Shown: positions 60,626 through 64,000 of the stretch, piece by piece
Numbering within the stretch: position 1 is the stretch's first letter
Layout of the letters: the number at the start of each line of letters is the position of its first letter
Assembly (NCBI GenBank): GCA_963734495.1
Contig: CAVTHK010000009.1
Span: 128,001 to 192,000, forward strand
Direction of reading: 5' to 3'
Source: an uncultured Spirochaetota bacterium
GTDB taxonomy: Bacteria > Spirochaetota > Spirochaetia > SZUA-6 > CAVTHK01
Length of the DNA stretch: 64,000 nt
Program-made: the position numbers and the translations under genes
Notes under the pieces: generated by a model
What the model was told of the DNA's origin: nothing
Seen by the model: only the letters and a program-made list of their open reading frames with translations
The model's database searches: none

Positions 60626-62925
60626 GGTCCGTCCTTTCGCGTGTCGTCCTTGAACCCGTAACGGCGGCCGCCGATCGCGAAGACGAAGAAGTTGGTGGAC
60701 ACCTCTCTTCTTCCCTCGAGCGCCCTCACGTCCAGGCGCCAGTCGCCCTGCGCGTCCGCGGGCAGCGCCACTTCCAGGTCTCCGGCGATCAGCGAGCTGT
60801 CCGCGGGGGAGTCGCAGGGCGGCAAGGCTCCCTTCGCGTGGATCTTCGTGGAGTCGGAGAGGGTCCACTCGACGGTGACCTTCTTCCTGTCCCGATCCGT
60901 GTCGTTGGTCAGCCACAGATGCGCCCTGAAGAGCTCGCCCGGCGCGTAGTACTTGACGTAGCCGACCACGAAAGGATCCTTGATCCACTCCACGCTCACC
61001 ATGAAGGGCTGGTACATGGGGACGAAGGCATCGAAGGCCTTGTACTTGTTGCGGTAGTAGTCGAGCACTCCGGCCCCGCCCAGGCATGGATACGGGTCGC
61101 TCCAGAAGTACAGATACATCGATGCCGCGGGGTCGTATTTCCGCTGCCTCAGGTACTCCCCGCTTTCCTTGACGACGCGGTATTCGTAGTCCTGCGTCGC
61201 CTCCATCAATTCCTCGATCCCGCCGAGCTTGTCGACGTCGATGTCCATCATGTGGATCCAGTAGGGATCGAGGTTGAGGTAGAACCATCGATCCCACCGG
61301 GGCGGCCACTGCTCCTCGGGCGTGAGGATCCTGTTGACGGTCGCCATCGGCGCCACCGCCATCGAGCCGAACTCGACGATCTGGGGCGCGTCCTTCCTGA
61401 CCCGCTGCCGGTAGTCGGGGAACTTCTTTCCCCATCCTGCCTGGGTTACGTTCTGGCAGCCGTCGCGGTAGTCTCCCTTGTGGATCCAGTGCACCGGGTC
61501 CGCGTTCTGGCCTGCTTCCTTGAGCACCTCGCACAGCCGCCCGTAGAGGTTGGGGGCTTTCCGGTCCTTGAACGGGAAGACCAGCGGCTCCTTGAAGGTG
61601 CTCCACATCCCGATCGACGCGTGATTGGTCAGCTCGCGGACCATGTCCTCCATCATGGGAGCCGCCCGCTCGATCAGGTCGTCGTCGTCCGTGTAGTTGC
61701 CCCAGTGGAAGGGCAGGACCTGCCAGCAGAGCATCCCCATGCGATCGCAGAGGTCGTAGAAGGCCTCCTTCTCCACGTGGCTGCCGACTCGAACCGAGTT
61801 GATGTTCAGGTCCCGCATCTTCTGCAGGTCGTCGCGGAACAGGTCCGGGTTGCCTTCGCCGAGCCAGAGACTCGAGAGGTAGCGCATTCCCCGGAGGAAG
61901 ATCCGCCTGCCGTTCAGGTACCACCAGCCGTTCTCGGCGCGCCTGACCTCGCGGATGCCGAACACGTCCGTTACCCGGTCGCTCGCCGCGCCCGACACCT
62001 GGATCGACAGCTCCATTCTGTACAGGTTCGGGGCGCCGTGGTCCCAGGTCGACCAGAGCTTCGGATCGTCGATGGTCCTGGCCAGGTGCAGCGAAGTGCG
62101 TCCGGGAGCCAGAACGACGTCTCGCGAATAGCTGATCGCGCCGCCGGAAAAGGTCTCGCCGGCGATCTGCAGCTCGATGCGCGCCTCGACCGTCTCGCTG
62201 CCCTTGACGCTCACATCGAGATGAAAGTTCGCCAGCGCGCTTCCGTCGAAGGCGTAGCCCTTTCTCGCGTCCCTGACGGGGTACGCATCTATCCGGACGT
62301 TCTCGACCTTGGCGAGGCCGGTGGAGTAGATCTCCACGTCGTTCCAGATTCCGCCCGTGTTGCCCTCGTAGCCGTACCTGCCGACCCAGCCGGGACGGTG
62401 CCAGAAGTTGCTGAGGGCGCCTTTGACGCACTTGAGCGCCACCGGCCAGCACGGCCGGTACTCGGGCGAAAGCGGTTCCTTGTACTCGGCCGTGGTCCGC
62501 GGCTCGAGGTAGGCGTACTCGGTCTCCTCCATGGGCGCGTCGTCGGCGACCACCAGCAGGTTGCCCTTCTCCTTGAGGATTCCCTCCACCGGAAACTCGA
62601 AGGCGTTGAAGAAGCCTTCGTGGTCGCCGAGGTAGACTCCGTTCAGCCAGACCCTGCAGCGATAGTCGACTCCCCGGAAACGCAGGAATCGCCTGCGCGT
62701 GGGATCGACTTTGCCGGCATCGAACAGGCGGGCAAACCACACCACGCCGAAGTGATCGCCGATCTCCGTGTTGTACCAGTTAACGGGCAGCTCCACGGCC
62801 GGCCACTCGTCGAGGTCCGAGGGCTTGACTCCGGAGGCGTCCATCGGATCGCTTGCCCCCTGTGCGCGCGGGGGCAGGTGATAGTGCCAGGTGCCGTTGA
62901 GCAGTTCCTTTTCTCGTGTGTTCAT
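60622..62925 (-). CDS. GH2 glycoside hydrolase (beta-mannosidase-like)
   Basis: LNGTW; FRGVDY..VWLNG; HEGFF; GGIWNDV; PKLW...G.PNLY; FGIRE; LNGRRIFLRG; NSVRV; FYDLCDRMG. Confidence 0.88.
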   Translation of the reverse strand: MNTREKELLNGTWHYHLPPRAQGASDPMDASGVKPSDLDEWPAVELPVNWYNTEIGDHFGVVWFARLFDAGKVDPTRRRFLRFRGVDYRCRVWLNGVYLGDHEGFFNAFEFPVEGILKEKGNLLVVADDAPMEETEYAYLEPRTTAEYKEPLSPEYRPCWPVALKCVKGALSNFWHRPGWVGRYGYEGNTGGIWNDVEIYSTGLAKVENVRIDAYPVRDARKGYAFDGSALANFHLDVSVKGSETVEARIELQIAGETFSGGAISYSRDVVLAPGRTSLHLARTIDDPKLWSTWDHGAPNLYRMELSIQVSGAASDRVTDVFGIREVRRAENGWWYLNGRRIFLRGMRYLSSLWLGEGNPDLFRDDLQKMRDLNINSVRVGSHVEKEAFYDLCDRMGMLCWQVLPFHWGNYTDDDDLIERAAPMMEDMVRELTNHASIGMWSTFKEPLVFPFKDRKAPNLYGRLCEVLKEAGQNADPVHWIHKGDYRDGCQNVTQAGWGKKFPDYRQRVRKDAPQIVEFGSMAVAPMATVNRILTPEEQWPPRWDRWFYLNLDPYWIHMMDIDVDKLGGIEELMEATQDYEYRVVKESGEYLRQRKYDPAASMYLYFWSDPYPCLGGAGVLDYYRNKYKAFDAFVPMYQPFMVSVEWIKDPFVVGYVKYYAPGELFRAHLWLTNDTDRDRKKVTVEWTLSDSTKIHAKGALPPCDSPADSSLIAGDLEVALPADAQGDWRLDVRALEGRREVSTNFFVFAIGGRRYGFKDDTRKDGP

Positions 62926-64000
62926 GACCCCAGCACCTCGTAGTCGAAGAAGTTCTCGCTGAGCTTCTCGCCGCTGCGATCGTGGAGCAGGAGACGCAGC
63001 CGATACGCGCCGGGCTCATCGCCCGCGAGCCGTCGGAAGACTCTTTCGACCACCCGGGACGAATCGGCCTCCACATCGATGACTTTGCTGTCCGAGCACA
63101 TCGGCGCGCCTCCCGGACCCACGAGCTCCCAGAGGAGCGCAGCTCCCTCGAAGGACCGCGGCAGGTCGTTCGTGACCCAGAGCTGGGCCTCCAAAGAATC
63201 CCGCTGCCTGTACGTCTTGGCGAAGCCGACGATGTGCTTGTCCTTGATCCACTCCACGCTGGCCATCACCGGCGTGTAGACCAGGCGATACATGCCGTAG
63301 GCCTTGTACTCTTCGCGGTAGTAGTCCAGCAGGCCGCTGCCGAACAGGCAGGGCCAGGGGTCGCTCCAGAAATACTGGAACATCGAGCAGACCGGGCGGT
63401 ACTTGCGCTGGCGGAAGTGCTCGATGGATTCCTTGACCTGCCGCGCGTACCAGCTCTGGGTCGCCTCGATGAGCTCCTCGATGCTGCTCATCTTCTTCGG
63501 GTCGATCCCCATCCAGCCGTACCACGTGTGGTCGACGTTGTAGTAGGTCCACTTGTCCCAGTTGGGCGGCCACTGGTCCTTGCTCTCGAGGATGCGGTCC
63601 ACCGTCTTCTTGACGGGCATCGCCCCGGCTCCGAACTCGACGATCTGCGGCCGCAGCGTCACCTCCTGCAGATCCGTCATGCCGTCGCGGCACAGGCCGG
63701 GCATGAGGTTCTGCACGCCCTCTTCGTAGTCGCCGATGTGGACCCAGCGCGAGGTGTCCTCGGCCATGGCCGTCCGCTTGAGGGTCTCGCACAGGCGGCC
63801 AACGAGATTGGGGGGATCGTCGAAGGGGAAGACCAGCGGCTCCTTGTACGTGCTCCAGACCGCGAGCGAAGGGCGGTTGTGCAGCATGTCCACGAGCTCG
63901 GTCATCATCGGAGCGGCACGCTCGATCAGGTCGTCGCTGTCGCTCCAGTTGCCCCAGTGGAAGGGCATCACCTGCCAGACCATGATGCCCAGCTCGTCGC
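62922..64000 (-). CDS. GH2 glycoside hydrolase paralog, 5' end outside the window
   Basis: DELGIMVWQVMPFHWGN; DDLIERAAPMM; PQIVEFG; YFWSDPW; closely similar to the downstream GH2. Confidence 0.88.
   Translation of the reverse strand, partial: DELGIMVWQVMPFHWGNWSDSDDLIERAAPMMTELVDMLHNRPSLAVWSTYKEPLVFPFDDPPNLVGRLCETLKRTAMAEDTSRWVHIGDYEEGVQNLMPGLCRDGMTDLQEVTLRPQIVEFGAGAMPVKKTVDRILESKDQWPPNWDKWTYYNVDHTWYGWMGIDPKKMSSIEELIEATQSWYARQVKESIEHFRQRKYRPVCSMFQYFWSDPWPCLFGSGLLDYYREEYKAYGMYRLVYTPVMASVEWIKDKHIVGFAKTYRQRDSLEAQLWVTNDLPRSFEGAALLWELVGPGGAPMCSDSKVIDVEADSSRVVERVFRRLAGDEPGAYRLRLLLHDRSGEKLSENFFDYEVLGS

Noticed and set aside
60626-62740. 998-aa ORF 59744..62740 as a single fusion protein
   Set aside because: Only the last 293 aa are the dehydrogenase; the rest is an off-frame overlap of the GH2 gene.

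Overview
High-GC bacterial chromosome segment (about 70% GC by eye). It is most likely from a free-living Spirochaetota member: this is inferred from a flgF-flgG-flgA-flgI-flgJ cluster with no flgH, a short rod-binding-only FlgJ, a TCAA-N15-ACCGATAA sigma28-type promoter and a spirochaete-style sugar-binding protein N-terminus. Content includes carbohydrate uptake and hydrolysis genes (ABC transporter, DUF4038/GH140-like protein, three GH2 enzymes), flagellar rod/P-ring genes, hcp, a PduO-type adenosyltransferase, a HEAT-repeat adenylate cyclase, a hybrid histidine kinase, a B12-radical SAM locus, a U32 protein, class II lysS and pdxA. The most striking structure is a nested mobile locus at 38.3-44.1 kb. 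An intact RIT element (three tyrosine recombinases, perfect 31-bp terminal inverted repeats, an extra terminal palindrome, 5-bp GTGCA direct repeat) sits exactly in the HNH motif of a DUF222-HNH gene. That gene lies next to, and possibly inside, a truncated vapC, followed by an intact RHH-PIN toxin-antitoxin pair. Other notable items are a Rieske-less three-gene cytochrome b6-like module, a KaiC-like/PPDK_N fusion, and repeated leaderless promoter architecture. At least nine genes carry frameshifts, probably long-read indel errors, so pseudogene calls are uncertain. All family assignments come from motif recognition by eye; no database searches were run.
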